Assembly (NCBI GenBank): GCA_951406725.2 | Contig: OX597817.1 | Coordinates: forward strand, 174,468,001-174,532,000 | From: Octopus vulgaris | Taxonomy: Eukaryota | DNA: 64,000 bases | Reading direction: 5' to 3' | In this document: piece after piece, positions 1 to 13,249 of the stretch | How the letters are laid out: each line of letters begins with the position of its first letter | Position numbering within the stretch: position 1 is the stretch's first letter | Translations under genes and position numbers: made by a program | The notes under the pieces: model-generated | The model's database searches: none | Seen by the model: only the letters and a program-made list of their open reading frames with translations | What the model was told of the DNA's origin: nothing

Positions 1-722
1 TGTGTGTGTGTGTGTGTATAGTGTGTGTGTGTGTGTGTATGTTACTGTCTCCTTGCCTTGACATCATGTGATAGTTGTAAGCAAGTGACACTGTCATACA
101 AGCAGTGTTCTTCATCTTTCAATCTTCCATGAAATCAAATCTGGTCATGGGGAAAATATTACTTTGCTTTGAAACAAGTAAGGGTTAGCAACAGGAAGAG
201 CATTTTGCTGAACCCGGAACCATGTGGTTGGTAAGCAAACTTCTTACCACACAGCCATACCTAGTTTCTTTTCTAGCCTATGGTATTCAAAATCGCAGTG
301 CAACACATTTGTATATTTTGTATGTTTCATTATTGTTCTGTTATCCTCGTACATCCTTACACCAAATTTCTTCCAGAAAAAGAGAAAAAAAAAATCTATA
401 TTATTTATCTGAGCAACAGCGGTTATTATCTTCCTTCCATATTCAGTGTGAATATCTGCAGATTGTAGATAGTGAGTCTGCAGACATTGTGATTGCATCA
501 GAGTTTTGGACTGCAGGTCATGAGGTGAAATATTTTATGCATTTCATGTCACTTGTACTTCTTTTATGATGAAATGTTAGAATTTTTCTCTAAACTATGA
601 TTCCAAGACAAGCTAATGGCTAGGGTTTTATGTGGTTGCATGACCTGCTAGAATTTACAGCAAAAATTCTTTTAAATGAAGCACTACATCATCATCATCA
701 TCATCATCATCAATGTTTTTAA

Positions 723-945
723 CCCTTTGGCATTCAAACCGGCCACATCAGGCCCAGATGTTTTACATGCTTTATGTTCAAACAGAGCAGATCTGACCTC
801 TCACCCCTACCCTGCAATGTCATTCTGAAAACTAAACAATCACATCATTGAAATCTTAAAGCTACAAGACAATGCATGGTTAATTTAAAACAATGTGAAT
901 AAATAAGCATTATATATCTGAGAAAATAGTTTGGATGCTGAAGGG
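723..945. mobile_element. piggyBac-type MITE
   Basis: TTAA|CCCTT...AAGGG|TTAA termini. An inverted copy at ~16478-17129 is interrupted by a SINE. Confidence 0.65.
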
Positions 946-1103
946 TTAATTTTCACTTTTCAATGGTTGCATGGGTCAGGCAGAATTTGTTGAGGCAGAT
1001 TTTCTACAGCTGGATGTCCTTCCTGTCACTCCACGACCAAACATGTTTCCCCAGAATATTACAGACAAAAGACACCTCTTCTCATGCATGTTAGTGATGC
1101 CTA

Positions 1104-1299
1104 CTCTTTTACTCTTTTACTTGTTTCAGTCATTTGACTGTGGCCATGCTGAAGCACCGCCTTTAGTTGAGCAAATCGACCCCAGGACTTATTCTTTGTA
1201 AGCCTAGTACTTATTCTATTGGTCTTTTTTGCCGAACCGCTAAGTTACAGGGACGTAAACACACCAGCATCGGTTGGGGGGACAAATACAGACACACAA

Positions 1300-1372
<73 letters not shown>

Positions 1373-1520
1373 CATGTATACAACGGGCTTTTCAGTTTCT
1401 GTCTACCAAATCCACTCACAAGGCTTTGGTTGGCCCGAGGCTATAGTAGAAGACACTTGCCCAAGGTGCCATGCAGTGGGACTGAACCCAGAACCATACC
1501 ACACAGCCATTCCTGTGCTT
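1104..1520 (-). mobile_element. tRNA-derived SINE, family A (central CA/TA microsatellite)
   Basis: Reverse complement of the copies at 16541, 27937 and 49741: head ggagtggctgtgtgg, body ggcaccttgggcaagtgtcttctactatagcc, tail gactgaaacaagtaaaagag. Confidence 0.8.
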
Positions 1521-1559
1521 ATTTACAACTATCATATGAAGATGAGGAGAGAATAACAA

Positions 1560-2447
1560 ACACACACACCCACACACACACCCACACACACTCTCTCCCT
1601 CTCTCTCATGCATGCACACACACACCTACACACTCTCTCCCTCTCTCTCATACACCCACACACACACCCACACACACTCTCTCCCTCTCTCTCATGCATG
1701 CACACACACACCTACACACTCTCTCCCTCTCTCTCATACACCCACACACACACCCACACACACTCTCTCCCTCTCTCTCATGCATGCACACACACACCTA
1801 CACACTCTCTCCCTCTCTCTCATACACCCACACACACACCTACACACACTCTCTCCCTCTCTCTCATGCATGCACACACACACCTACACACACTCTCTCC
1901 CTCTCTCTCATGCATGCACACACACACCTACACACACTCTCTCCCTCTCTCTCATGCATGCACACACAAACACACACACTCTCACTCTCTCACATACACC
2001 CACACACACACCCACACACACTCTCTCCCTCTCTCTCATGCACCCACACACACACCTACACACACTCTCTCCCTCTCTCTCATGCATGCACACACACACC
2101 TACACACTCTCTCCCTCTCTCTCATACACCCACACACACACCTACACACACTCTCTCCCTCTCTCTCATGCATGCACACACACACCGACACACTCTCTCC
2201 CTCTCTCTCATACACCCACACACACACACACACACACTCTCTCCCTCTCTCTCATGCATGCACACACACATACACACACTCTCTCCCTCTCTCTCATGCA
2301 TGCACACACACACCTACACACACTCTCTCCCTCTCTCTCATGCATGCACACACACACCTACACACACTCTCTCCCTCTCTCTCATGCATGCACACACACA
2401 CCCACACACACTCTCTCCCTCTCTCTCATGCATGCACACACATGCAT
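1560..2447. repeat. Minisatellite of ~42-44-bp units (about 20 units, two alternating variants)
   Basis: Unit approximately cacacacacctacacacactctctccctctctctcatgcatg. It replaces the central microsatellite of a family A-like SINE whose head lies at ~2450-2602. Confidence 0.9.
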
Positions 2448-3808
2448 ATAACAGGCCTCTTTCAGTTTTCTTATACCAAGTCTATTTACAAGGCTTTGGT
2501 CTAGAGTTGAAGACACTCACCAAAGGTGCCATGCAGTGAGACTGAACCTATAACCATATGATTGGCAAGCAAGCTTTTTACTACACAACCAGGCCTGTGC
2601 CTACAAAATAAAAAAACCCCCAGAATATTGGGTAATGCAGTCTCAGGTACACTGTTTTAGTTATCTTTTATACAGGATGGAAGACAGTGTCCAGAACCCT
2701 TTACAGGGTCTCCCAGACTGGTGGAAGGAATAGTGGAAAGTATCTTCAAACCAGAGACCTGAATGCTTATAAAAGAACAAAGTCAGAAAGTGTCAGGCAT
2801 TGAAAGTGTCAGGTAGTGGTACTGAAATAGCGATTGATTAGGTCTGTTACCCTTTAGTCCATAATGATACCTGGGAAAATAGAAGAGATGGTCACTTCTA
2901 GGATATCATTGCTCAGAAATCTCTTTGATCCAGGCCAGTTTCAGAAAAGAACAACAACTGGTTCCAAAATAACTTGCAAATGTTTTGAATTTGTAAAGCG
3001 ATCTAAATCCTGCCCTTGCCATAAACTAAATACAATAGGAATCAATAAGGGAACTTCTCTGTGGTAGATTGAGCAGCCAAAAATAGTAGCCAAATTTTCC
3101 TCAGTTCTTTGCTATTCTAAAGAAAGGGTAGGTTCATTGATTCTAGATACACTACATCTATATAAATGATGGGTTTATCACGACCAGAAAAGTTTATGAT
3201 GAGAGGTTTGTTTGACTTGTGTTTGGCAACAACATTAACAAAACAAAACCCATTAGAAATGAACAAAAAAAAAAAAGAAACAAGCCACATATAATCTATT
3301 TCACTTCCTTCCTGTTTCATTTGTTATTCAATTCCGGTGTCAATGCAGCAATGAAACTGTCAAAATTAGAATGAGATGTACATACATGTATATACATACA
3401 CACATGCACACACACACACACACACACATGTATATAGTTTAACTAAAATGAATATATCACTAACATTATATTTACACAAAATAGTGCAATTTTCAATGAC
3501 CCAGATAAAAAAAATCCTAAGAGTTTCTCTAATATATATTAGTGTTGAATTTGGTTTTAATGGCTTACTTAGAAATCCTTTAGCTTAAGACTAAAGGGTT
3601 TTCCATTTCCCTCTTTTAAAAACACTTGAAATTTTTTATGGGGTGGATTTGTTACCAATTTTCCTTATGCACATACTTATACTTACCAATTTCCTCAATC
3701 TCAAATTTTACCATTATATTCTTAGGTTAGGTAGAGTTGAATTTCTCCCTATTCACTTTTGGGTCACAGCCACAACAGTTTGGTGAATTATTCTGCTTCA
3801 GTCAAAGG

Positions 3809-3881
3809 CATTGTTGTAGTTACCATTGTTGTAGTTACCATTGTTGTAGTTACCATTGTTGTAGTTACCATTGTTGTAGTT
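3809..3881. repeat. 15-bp tandem repeat (cattgttgtagttac, ~4.8 copies)
   Basis: Directly visible. Confidence 0.9.
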
Positions 3882-4218
3882 TCTTCATCATCAGTTTCCA
3901 GTCTCTTCCTTATCCCACTGAGGTCGGTCAACTTTGCCTTTCATCTGTCTAGTGACAAAATAAATAAATAAATAAAAAACTTACTCTTACTCAAGGACTG
4001 GAATTTTTGGTATTGACTTACTGCTTCCCTTCATGTTGGAAATGTCAGAAAAAATGTTGGAGAAAATGCTTTGTGGTATTTATTCTTGCTCTTTAGAAAC
4101 TAAGTTCAAATCCATTCTGCTGAGGTGAACTTTATTTTCATCCTTCAAGGGTCGTTAGAATAAAGTAGCCATCAAATACAGGGGCTGACTGTGTTGTCTA
4201 AACTGCCTGTCCTCAATT

Positions 4219-4726
4219 TTTATTTCTTAATTTATCAACCCCGAAAGGATGAAAGGCAAAGTCGACCTCGGTGGAATTTGAACTCAGAACCTAACGGCAG
4301 ACGAAGTACCTATTCCTTTACTACCCACAAAGGGCTAAACACAGAGGAGACAAACAAGGACAGACAAACGGATTAAGTCAATTATATCGACTCCAGTGCG
4401 TAACTGGTACTTAATTTATCAACCCCGAAAGGATGAAAGGCAAAGTCGACCTCGGTGGAATTTGAACTCAGAACCTAACGGCAGACGAAGTACCTATTCC
4501 TTTACTACCCATAAAGGGCTAAACACAGAGGAGACAAACAAGGACAGACAAACGGATTAAGTCAATTATATCGACTCCAGTGCGTAACTGGTACTTAATT
4601 TATCAACCCCGAAAGGATGAAAGGCAAAGTCGACCTCGGTGGAATTTGAACTCAGAACCTAACGTCAGACGAAATACCGCTAAGCATTACGCCCAGCGCG
4701 CTAACGTTTCTGCCAGCTTGCCACCT
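4219..4726 (-). mobile_element. SINE family B concatemer (184-bp period) nested in an oppositely oriented B-like SINE
   Basis: ttaatttatcaaccccgaaagg recurs at 4227, 4411 and 4595. 11-bp TSD tgtcctcaatt at 4208-4218 and 4727-4737. Confidence 0.85.
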
Positions 4727-5592
4727 TGTCCTCAATTCTGCTGACCTTGTGCCTAAATAAGAAACACTCTTCCTCATCCTGCTACTGCTGCTGCTGTTGA
4801 CAGAATTGTTAGCTTAGCCTGTCGAGCAAAATGGCTAGTAGCATTTCATTCATCTTTACATTCTGTGCTTAAATTCTGCCAAGGTTGAATTTCCCTGTCA
4901 TTCTTTCGGGGTCGATAAAATAAGTACCAGTTGAACACTGGGGTTGATGTAATCATCTAGTCCCTCCCCGATAATTTTAGGCCTTGTGCCCATTATAGAA
5001 AAGATTAGTATTATTTACTTACTCACGTCCTTCATTCCCAATGGAGCATAGGCCACCAACGACTTTTCTCCTCTGCTCTCAACTCTGGGCTGTCTTTTCT
5101 TCTTCGAGGTTAAATTGGTTTTGAATTGTCATTGATGCATCTGAAACTTTGGTTTTTTTTTCTTGCCAGGGGTGTTGGCCCTATGCGAACCTGTTTTTGC
5201 CTCTGCAAAGAGGTGATACATGTTAGTCTGGCCTCTATCCTTTGACCTGTCGAGCATGGGAGGCCCTACACAGATTTTGCACTCCATTGGTATAGCTCTC
5301 AGAGTGGTTGTGGTACACAAGTCACCACATCATGACAAGGAATGGACCTAGTGATGGATTATTGTTACCATTCACCCTTCAGAATTATTGACCTTGGGTC
5401 AAAATTATCATTATTATTATTACCCTTGTCATGGGTCACTTAGGTTAATGGTACAGAGTGCTGATCTGAAGTTTAAGAGATATGAGGTACAATTCTCTCT
5501 AGTGGTTTGCCAGTCACTTTTTAGAAAGGCAGTGAGCTGGTAGAATCATTAGCATGACAGGCAAAATGTTTAGTGGTATTTTATCTGGTTAT

Positions 5593-5866
5593 AAGGTGGC
5601 GAGATGGCAGACACGTTAGCGCGCCGGATGAAATGCTTAGCGGTATTTCGTCTGTCGTTACGTTCTGAGTTCAAATTCCGCCGAGGTCGACTTTGCCTTT
5701 CATCCTTTCGGGGTCGATAAATTAAGTACCAATTTCGCACTGGGGTCAATGTAATCGACTTAATCCGTTTGTCTGTCCTTGTTTGTCCGTTCTATGTTTA
5801 GCCCCTTGTGGGTAGTAAAGAAATAGGTATTTTGTCTGCTGCTACGTTCTGAGTTCAAATTCTGCT
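5593..5866 (+). mobile_element. SINE family B with partial restart of the body after its tail
   Basis: A-box-like tggcagacacgttagc and B-box gagttcaaattcc. After the tail aaagaaataggta the sequence resumes at ttttgtctgc..gttctgagttcaaatt. Confidence 0.8.
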
Positions 5867-5937
5867 GTTGTTGTTGTTGTTGTTGTTGTTGTTACTGCTG
5901 CTGCTGCTGCTGTTACAGCTTATATTTTGTTTTACAG

Positions 5938-6041
5938 ACTTGAAAAATATTACACCTACATTATTGAAAATATTCATTCCACAAGATCTTCTGATTTCCT
6001 GGAAGAGGAAAGAGGAGAAGTTTTGAAGAAACTCAGTGATC
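5938..6041 (+). CDS. Internal coding exon of an ERp29/PDI-D-type ER protein (first half of the ERp29 C-terminal D domain)
   Basis: Acceptor ttttgttttacAG and donor GTgagt. Only one frame is open: LEKYYTYIIENIHSTRSSDFLEEERGEVLKKLSD. It ends in phase 1, compatible with the exon at 52021. The KYY..I.E.I...FL.EE pattern matches the ERp29c helical domain as I recall it. Confidence 0.7.
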
Positions 6042-6198
6042 GTGAGTATACGTCTTATGCTTTTATAAACGTTTTATATGAATAGTGATACAGATTTTTT
6101 ATTGATTGATTTTTAATAATGTGATGTATATTAGTTGCGTGACTAATTGCCATTTATGAAAATTAAATGCTTTTTCACACCATTTCATCCTGTGTATA

Positions 6199-6230
<32 letters not shown>

Positions 6231-7859
6231 CAGTTGCGGCCAAAATGTTCAGAACAGCATTGTTTTCGTCAGAAAAGTAAGTATAAGTTTTTATCAAAGT
6301 TGTATTATATTCTATAATTTTTACAGACAATAAATACAATATTAATTGTTATTGTCTGAGATTTTGGTGTAATTTGAGAGGATAATACAAAAGTTATGGA
6401 TGATTTAGTGATTTACTGCAAAACCCATGGCGGCCAAAATGATCAGAACGGTTGAAAAAATAACAAAATAATCAAAAATGACAGAGAATACTGGAATTAT
6501 TTAATATTTAGTGTGAAGCCCTTTAGTTTCAATCACACTCTGACATCTTTGACTGCATGAGGAAATTAAATTTTCAATTTCTTGCTGGGTGATCTTATTC
6601 CATTCTTCCTGAAGGGCATTCCATAATTGCTTAGTTGTTTTAGGATTTCTGGCTTTCGAACGTTCTCCTAGAATATTCCATACATTTTCAATAGGATTGA
6701 GATCTGGGCTTTGAGCAGGCCAATCCATAACAATAACCTTTTCAGCCTTGAGGAAGTTCATGACCACCTTAGCCTTGTGACATGGGGCATTGTCCTGCAT
6801 GAATATGGGTGGTCGCTTAGTTGAATTTCTCAGCACAGGCAAGACATGATCTTTTACAAGTTGTTTATAAACTCCTGCATTTACCTTTCCCTGTAATCGC
6901 ACCAAAGGGCCTACACCATCTCCAGATATCATTCCCCAAACCATCACACTTCCTCCACCGAATTTAACACTAGTCTTAAGGCATTTAGGCGACAATTTTT
7001 CACCTACTTTTCGACGAACGTACCTTTTCCCATCTGAGCCAAATAACATAAACTTAGATTCATCACTGAAATGCACCGTTTGCCATTTTTCTTGAGACCA
7101 CAACACATGTTCGGTTGCAAAGGTAAGATGACACTTTTTATTCTTGGAGCTGATTAGTGGCTTCACTGCAGGTGCTCTTGCTTGTAGGTCATGTTCAACT
7201 AAACGACGAGACACAGTTTTTCGAGATAAAGTTTTCTTCAATACAATGCTCATTTTCCGAGAAACAGCAGCAGGAGTTTTAAATCTGTCCTTTTTAACCA
7301 ACTTTACCATAGCACGATCTTCTCTCTTGGTTGTTTTTCTTGGCCTACCTGTAGACTTTCTTGCTTCACACAAACCACAATCATCGTAGACCTTAAGAAT
7401 ACCGTGTACAACACTTTTTGACTTGTTAACAATCTTTGCAATAGATCCAATACTTAAATTATCCTTCCTTCGAAACTTAATAATCTGCTGATGAATTGGT
7501 AACGGAGTAAGTGGCATTATATTAACAAAGTACACTGCAAATATTCTTACTAATGTTTAGTAAACGAAGTGTCACGTAAACAAATTCAAAACATTAGAGT
7601 TCGCCGGTTAAATATACTAAAACACAGAGTAAAAGCAACCGTTCTGATCATTTTGGCCGCCATGGGTTTTGCATTAAATCACTAAATCATCCATAACTTT
7701 TGTATTATCCTCTCAAATTACACCAAAATCTCAGGCAATAACAAATAATATCGTATTTATTGTCTGTGAAAATTATAGAATATAAAACAACATTGATAAA
7801 AAATTATACATACTTTTCTGACGAAAACAATGCCGTTCTGAACATTTTGGCCGCCACTG
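6231..7859 (-). mobile_element. Full-length Tc1-family DNA transposon with ~224-bp IR-DR type TIRs
   Basis: TA|CAGTTGCGGCC...GGCCGCCACTG|TA. TIRs at 6231-6454 and 7636-7859, each with outer and inner direct repeats gcggccaaaatg(t/a)tcagaac. Inserted in a (TA)n tract. Confidence 0.95.
6501..7517 (-). CDS. Tc1 transposase, DD34E, uninterrupted ORF (~338 aa from ATG at 7517)
   Basis: N-terminal HTH region, GRPRK linker, FSDESKF, QDNAPCH and SPDLNPIE motifs, with 34 residues counted between the second D and the E. Confidence 0.93.
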   Translation of the reverse strand: MPLTPLPIHQQIIKFRRKDNLSIGSIAKIVNKSKSVVHGILKVYDDCGLCEARKSTGRPRKTTKREDRAMVKLVKKDRFKTPAAVSRKMSIVLKKTLSRKTVSRRLVEHDLQARAPAVKPLISSKNKKCHLTFATEHVLWSQEKWQTVHFSDESKFMLFGSDGKRYVRRKVGEKLSPKCLKTSVKFGGGSVMVWGMISGDGVGPLVRLQGKVNAGVYKQLVKDHVLPVLRNSTKRPPIFMQDNAPCHKAKVVMNFLKAEKVIVMDWPAQSPDLNPIENVWNILGERSKARNPKTTKQLWNALQEEWNKITQQEIENLISSCSQRCQSVIETKGLHTKY

Positions 7860-7901
7860 TATATATATATATATATATATATATAGATATAGATATATAC
7901 G

Positions 7902-7974
<73 letters not shown>

Positions 7975-8394
7975 ATACATACATACATAATACATACATA
8001 TGTATATACACACAGAAAAACACAGACATAAACATATGTTCACTATAATGTCTACCTCTAGCTATCTATCCCAGCCTCCCTCACCATCGTTCTATCTATC
8101 TATCTCTCTATCTATCTATCATATTTTATTTGTTTCAGTCATTGGACTGTGATTATATAAGAACCACATGTGTGTATGTGTATTCAGAGCACACTTATTT
8201 CTCTTTGAGTTTACAAAGATACCTCCTTCTACCTCCTTAAAATATCCAGTTATGCAAGTTTCATAAACAGCAAGACAAGTTCGATGATTCCATAAATATA
8301 GTTATTTACACAAATCTTTCAGAGCAAAATCTTACAGGCATAAAGGTGGTTGTACACATTTCTAAACTGGTCATTCATTACAAAATACATTGGA

Positions 8395-8783
8395 ATCATC
8401 ATCATCATCATCATCATCATTTAACATCCGCTTTCCATGCTAGCATGAGTTGGATGATTTGAATGAGATCTGGTGAACCAGATGGCTGCACCAGACTCCA
8501 ATCTTGATCTGGCAGAGTTTCTACAGCTGGATGCCCTTCCTAACACCAACCACTCTGAGAGTGTAGTGGGTCCTTTTACATGCCACCGGCACGAGGGCCA
8601 GTCAGGCAGTACTGACAACGGCCTTGCTCAAATGGTGCTTTTTATGTGCCACCTGCACAGGAGCCAGTCCAGCGGCACTGTCAATGACTTCACTCGAATG
8701 TGTTTTTTCGTGTGCCACCAACACAAGTGCTAGTAAGGCGACACAGGTAATGATTACGCTTGAATGGTGTTTTTAACGTGCCT
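8395..8783 (-). mobile_element. SINE family D with (GAT)n tail
   Basis: (cat)n-ttaacatccgctttccatgc...ggatgcccttcctaac motif, repeated at ~15120, 34140, 40930, 42405, 57340 and elsewhere. Confidence 0.7.
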
Positions 8784-9137
8784 AAGGGTGGTGAGCTAGC
8801 AGAATCGTTAGCATGCCAAGCAAGATGCTAAACAGCATTTTGTCTGTCTTCATGTTCTGAGTTCAAATCCTGCTGGGACTGACCTTGTCTTTTATCCTTT
8901 CGGGGTCAATAAAATAGTCACCAGTTGAGCACTGGGATTGATGTAATCGACTCACTCATCCTCAGAAACTGCTGACCTTGTGTTAAAATTTAAAGCCAAT
9001 ATTATTCCCAAATATTGGGAGTGGGTGGGTGTTTGCCTTTCCTCATATTTTTACAGCATTTTTCATAATTTATTTTGTCATTCTCACTTTTGGTTTTAAG
9101 CCACATAACTAATATATTTTCCGGCATACAAATCGAT

Positions 9138-9180
<43 letters not shown>

Positions 9181-11419
9181 TAAACATGTAGTGTAAACAT
9201 GTAGACATTGTTACACTTTTGCCAAATCCTGCTGCATTTCACATGGAAATTTTGGTCTTGCAAAGGTGTCTTGGTTTGTAAGTCAACTTATCAACCTATA
9301 GTTTTTGGATGGAATTTTTGGTCTGAAAAGTTTGCTTTGTGTGCTGGAAAATACGGCACATTTGTCTATAGTATAAATTGTATATGCATGTATGCAGATG
9401 CACGTGTGTGAATATGTGTGAGTGTGTATATGCATGTGTATATGTGTGCATGTATGTCTTTTGTGTATATGTGTGTGTATGTATGTATGTGTTTGCATAT
9501 TTTACAATTATAGGATATTTACTCTGAGGGTCCACTGATATTTGGGGAATAAGACAGTTGCTGAGAGGAAGAATTGCCCTTTAAGATCAGAGTGAATATA
9601 CCGCTAAACCTTAATAGTTATAGAAAAGGAAATCTGTCACAGTTTACTGTTAAGTTTGATTGTTTCTTTATGTATTTCGTAATGGATTGGTATTTATTCT
9701 TAGCATTTGAGGAATAAAATAGTTGGTGCAAGAAGCATCTGCCAAATGAATCAAAATAATGCAAACCAACTCCTTATAGCTGTAAAACAGGAGATTAGCT
9801 GTAGTTACCACATGTGCAAGCATGGCTGTGTAGTGAGAAGTTTTCTTTCCAATCACATTGTTCTGAGTTCAGTCCCACTGTGTGGCACTGTGGGCAAATG
9901 TATTCAGCCTTGTGAGTGGGTCTGGCAAACCTTACCTCTTTTCCAAGCAAGGGAATATTTCTCCATTGTCAGAGATGTTTTTGCAGAATATTGGAAAGGA
10001 ATGACATTCATTTACAAGTCACGTGATGTCAAGACCATGAGACATGAATACTCACACACTAACATTTGTATACATACATATATATATGCATAGATAGATA
10101 CATACATACACACATACATTTTCACACACATGCATGCATACTTACAATTAACCCTGTCACTAATCCTTTTCCTCTCCTCTGTTCCATATCATTCTCCCCA
10201 CTCCTCCCCTCTTACTTATCATTCCTCATCCTTCTCCCTATGATTCTCAACCACTCTCTCTTCTGTTTTCTCTCAGTAACAGGGGCCACTTCATTATGAG
10301 GTGAACATTACTTGTGCAGGTGCCACAAATTGAGTACCCAGTACGCTCTGTTAAGTTGTTGGTGTTAGGAAAGGTATCTAGCCTAAGAGTTCATGCTGAA
10401 GTAGTCACTGAAGCATGATGCAGTCCTCTGACTCTTTAGACACTGTCAAACTGTCCATCTCATACCAGCTTACCAGTATGGAAGCTGGACTTTAATGAAG
10501 ATGAGGATGATGACAGTGATGGTGATGATGATGATGATGTGTGTGTGTGTGTGTGCATGTGTATGTAGGTATGTAGATATGTAGGTAGGTATGGTTGGAT
10601 GTACATACAGCCTGCAGTGTAAGACATACCCTTCATCAGCTGTCAACTGAAGTTCACAATGATTTCAGCACTTCCTTTTATACTGTATTGGTATCTTTAG
10701 TAGTGCCAGCCATCATTGATGCTGCTTCTAAGGAATGTACCAATTCTTTTGACTCACATTGTTGTATGTTTTTTTTCTCTCTCTCTCTTAATATTTATGC
10801 AGTTGCAACATAAAACCACAGGTTGCTGTAACCACTCAACCAGGCAGTAGCTATTTCGTTTTACTGTTTGATCAGCATTTGCTTTTGGCTCTCAGCTTTT
10901 GTCTTTCTCTTCTATATTCATGATGAATCACTTTCCCCCCTCCCTCTGCATTTTGAAAATATCTCTTCTGCTCACCAACTCAAGGTTGAACATCATGAGT
11001 GTGACTACAAACCCATGACATACCTCTACTAAAAGCATTATACATTATCATTCTCATACCTGGCGATTCCTCAAATTCTTCATATTCTACACCTTCCATT
11101 TTATGTGCCTGTTAAATATTGCCCTTCCAAATCAGTCAACTTGACAACCAGAATTTTTTTCTCTCAAGTCAGACGATGCAGTAAGGTTGAGCCATTGCTT
11201 TGTAATTTCTGTATGATTTGGAATTCACCTTCCACTCATTAGCATCATTCACTTTAGATCTCAGCTTTCCTTTCCATGTATTCTTGCTTTCTTTCTTTGC
11301 TCTTTCTCATCTTGCTCCTGGAAAACTACAGGCTGCAATTTGTTATTGACTCTCATATGTCTATATCCATCCTAACACCAGTCCACTAATGGATATATGT
11401 ATATATATATGTGTGTGTG

Positions 11420-11640
11420 TAAATGTTGAACAATGAGAATGAGTGCTCAGTAACACCTTGGTGGATAAAATGTCTTTATTTGTGTATTAAGGCTACCATT
11501 GGTTTCATATTAAGAAAAATATCTCAGTATCCTAACAATTTTTCAAGCTGATCACATGGAGGAATGGTGTTCATCTCCATTTTAATTGTTAAGATATTTT
11601 TAACATTGAAACCATTGGTAGCCTTGATACACAAATGTGT
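11420..11640. repeat. Inverted-repeat element (Penelope-like pLTR relic?)
   Basis: Arms atttgtgtattaaggctaccattggtttca (~11478) and tgaaaccattggtagccttgatacacaaat (~11607). The leader loosely resembles that of the element at 49500. Confidence 0.55.
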
Positions 11641-13249
11641 GTGTATATAAAGTCAATTCAAGGATGTCATATCCTCATTAGGGATTAATAAATCCAAACT
11701 TTCACTGGTTTAATCTCCATTACATTAGAAGAAAATCTCCATGATGTGTTATGGATTATTATTATAGTTAAAATTAATAAGGTAAGAAAATGGAGTTTTG
11801 AGGATGTATAGTTAATTTATAGTTAACTCTCTATTTTCTTACCTTATCAATTTTACTTATATATATCTCAAATGGATGTGTTATAAAACTATTCCACATG
11901 CACATCCAATAACAGCCATACCAACAATCCAACATGTCTCCATCATCAGCTGCCCCATGGATATCACTAAGGTTTTGACACCTGATATATATATACATAT
12001 ATCATGGTATCACAGTATCAACCAAACAATTGGATGTTGTTATACATCACTGGTCACAAATGTGCCTCACATTGTTTTAGCTTTTGAATGATGCTAACAA
12101 TTCCCCTGACTAAAAGGCTATTCCATCACTGGGTTACCCATTTACAGCTGGACTGGAACATTGTGAAATGAAGTGTTTTGCCCAAGGACACAACCTGCCA
12201 CCTCATCCGGGAAGTGAACCCATGATCTAGCATTTGTGTAATACCCTAGCCACTAAGCCACATGCTTTCACCCCTCCCCACACCTGTGTTGTTACTGCTT
12301 TTAAACTCAAACAGAATCCCATCTATGGCTTCTGTATTATTTCATATAGAATTTGGATGAGTTGTTTCATTTTTGTTTCAAAATATCAATTGACACCGAA
12401 TGATTTAAAAACCGATCAAATGTTTTTTTGTATTACAAGTTTACTGTTTATAGCTAATAAGTCAAAAATTTATAAATAAATAAATAATTTTTTCATTTTT
12501 ATGTATTCTCTGAACAGGAAACAATATGAGATTAGAAGTCAATAATTATATAGATACAAAAATTGTGATTGATTTTTCTGAGATATTTTTTACCATTATT
12601 ATTTACAAACATGGATGTCATTTTTATATTTAAAGAAAATATCGGTGATAAACAATATACGAAAATATTTCCAGAGTGTTATCAGTTGCTAATAACAACC
12701 AGGGCTATTTAAAAATGATTTTGTTTTCTATTTTATTTTTCATTGTGTATATTTTGAGCTTCTGTTCAATGGCTAATGGGCTGGAATTATCACTTCCAAT
12801 TTAGTTTGGGAAATTGGAGAGATAAATAATAGCTATGCATATTCATATATAATGACGAAGAATACACTTCCATCAGCTAGTGTGAAGAAACTGCTACTCA
12901 ATATTTTATAAATAACAGGAGCATGATGACACCTCTAGACTAAAAACATGATATATCAGAAGATATGCCAGCATTAACTATCTGATATCAACTGCATGTT
13001 AAATGTTATGACATGCTCTTAAAACATGTAATGGTGCAAAAATTATATAGAAAATAGGCATACATAGAGATAGCAAAAGCTTATTATAGATCTCTTTTTT
13101 TTTTCTATATAACCCTAAATGTAAACTTTTCCTATCTAAATGGAGATTATGTCATTGTAGTATATATAGAAAAGGAAAATAACATGTTTGGAATAGGAAA
13201 CTGACAGATATGAGACAAGGTAGGATTGATTTCACATCCAGTTCAGACA

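Noticed and set aside
447-524. Possible exon CEYLQIVDSESADIVIASEFWTAGHE
   Set aside because: Plausible AG/GT ends, but it finishes in phase 0 while the 5938 exon needs phase 2, and I see no recognisable homology. Unresolved.
1274-2539. 421-aa His/Thr/Ser-rich ORF and overlapping ORFs
   Set aside because: Translation of a stop-free minisatellite plus SINE, open in all three frames.
4227-4680. Regularly spaced repeats resembling a CRISPR array
   Set aside because: The whole 184-bp unit repeats with no unique spacers; it is a eukaryotic SINE concatemer.
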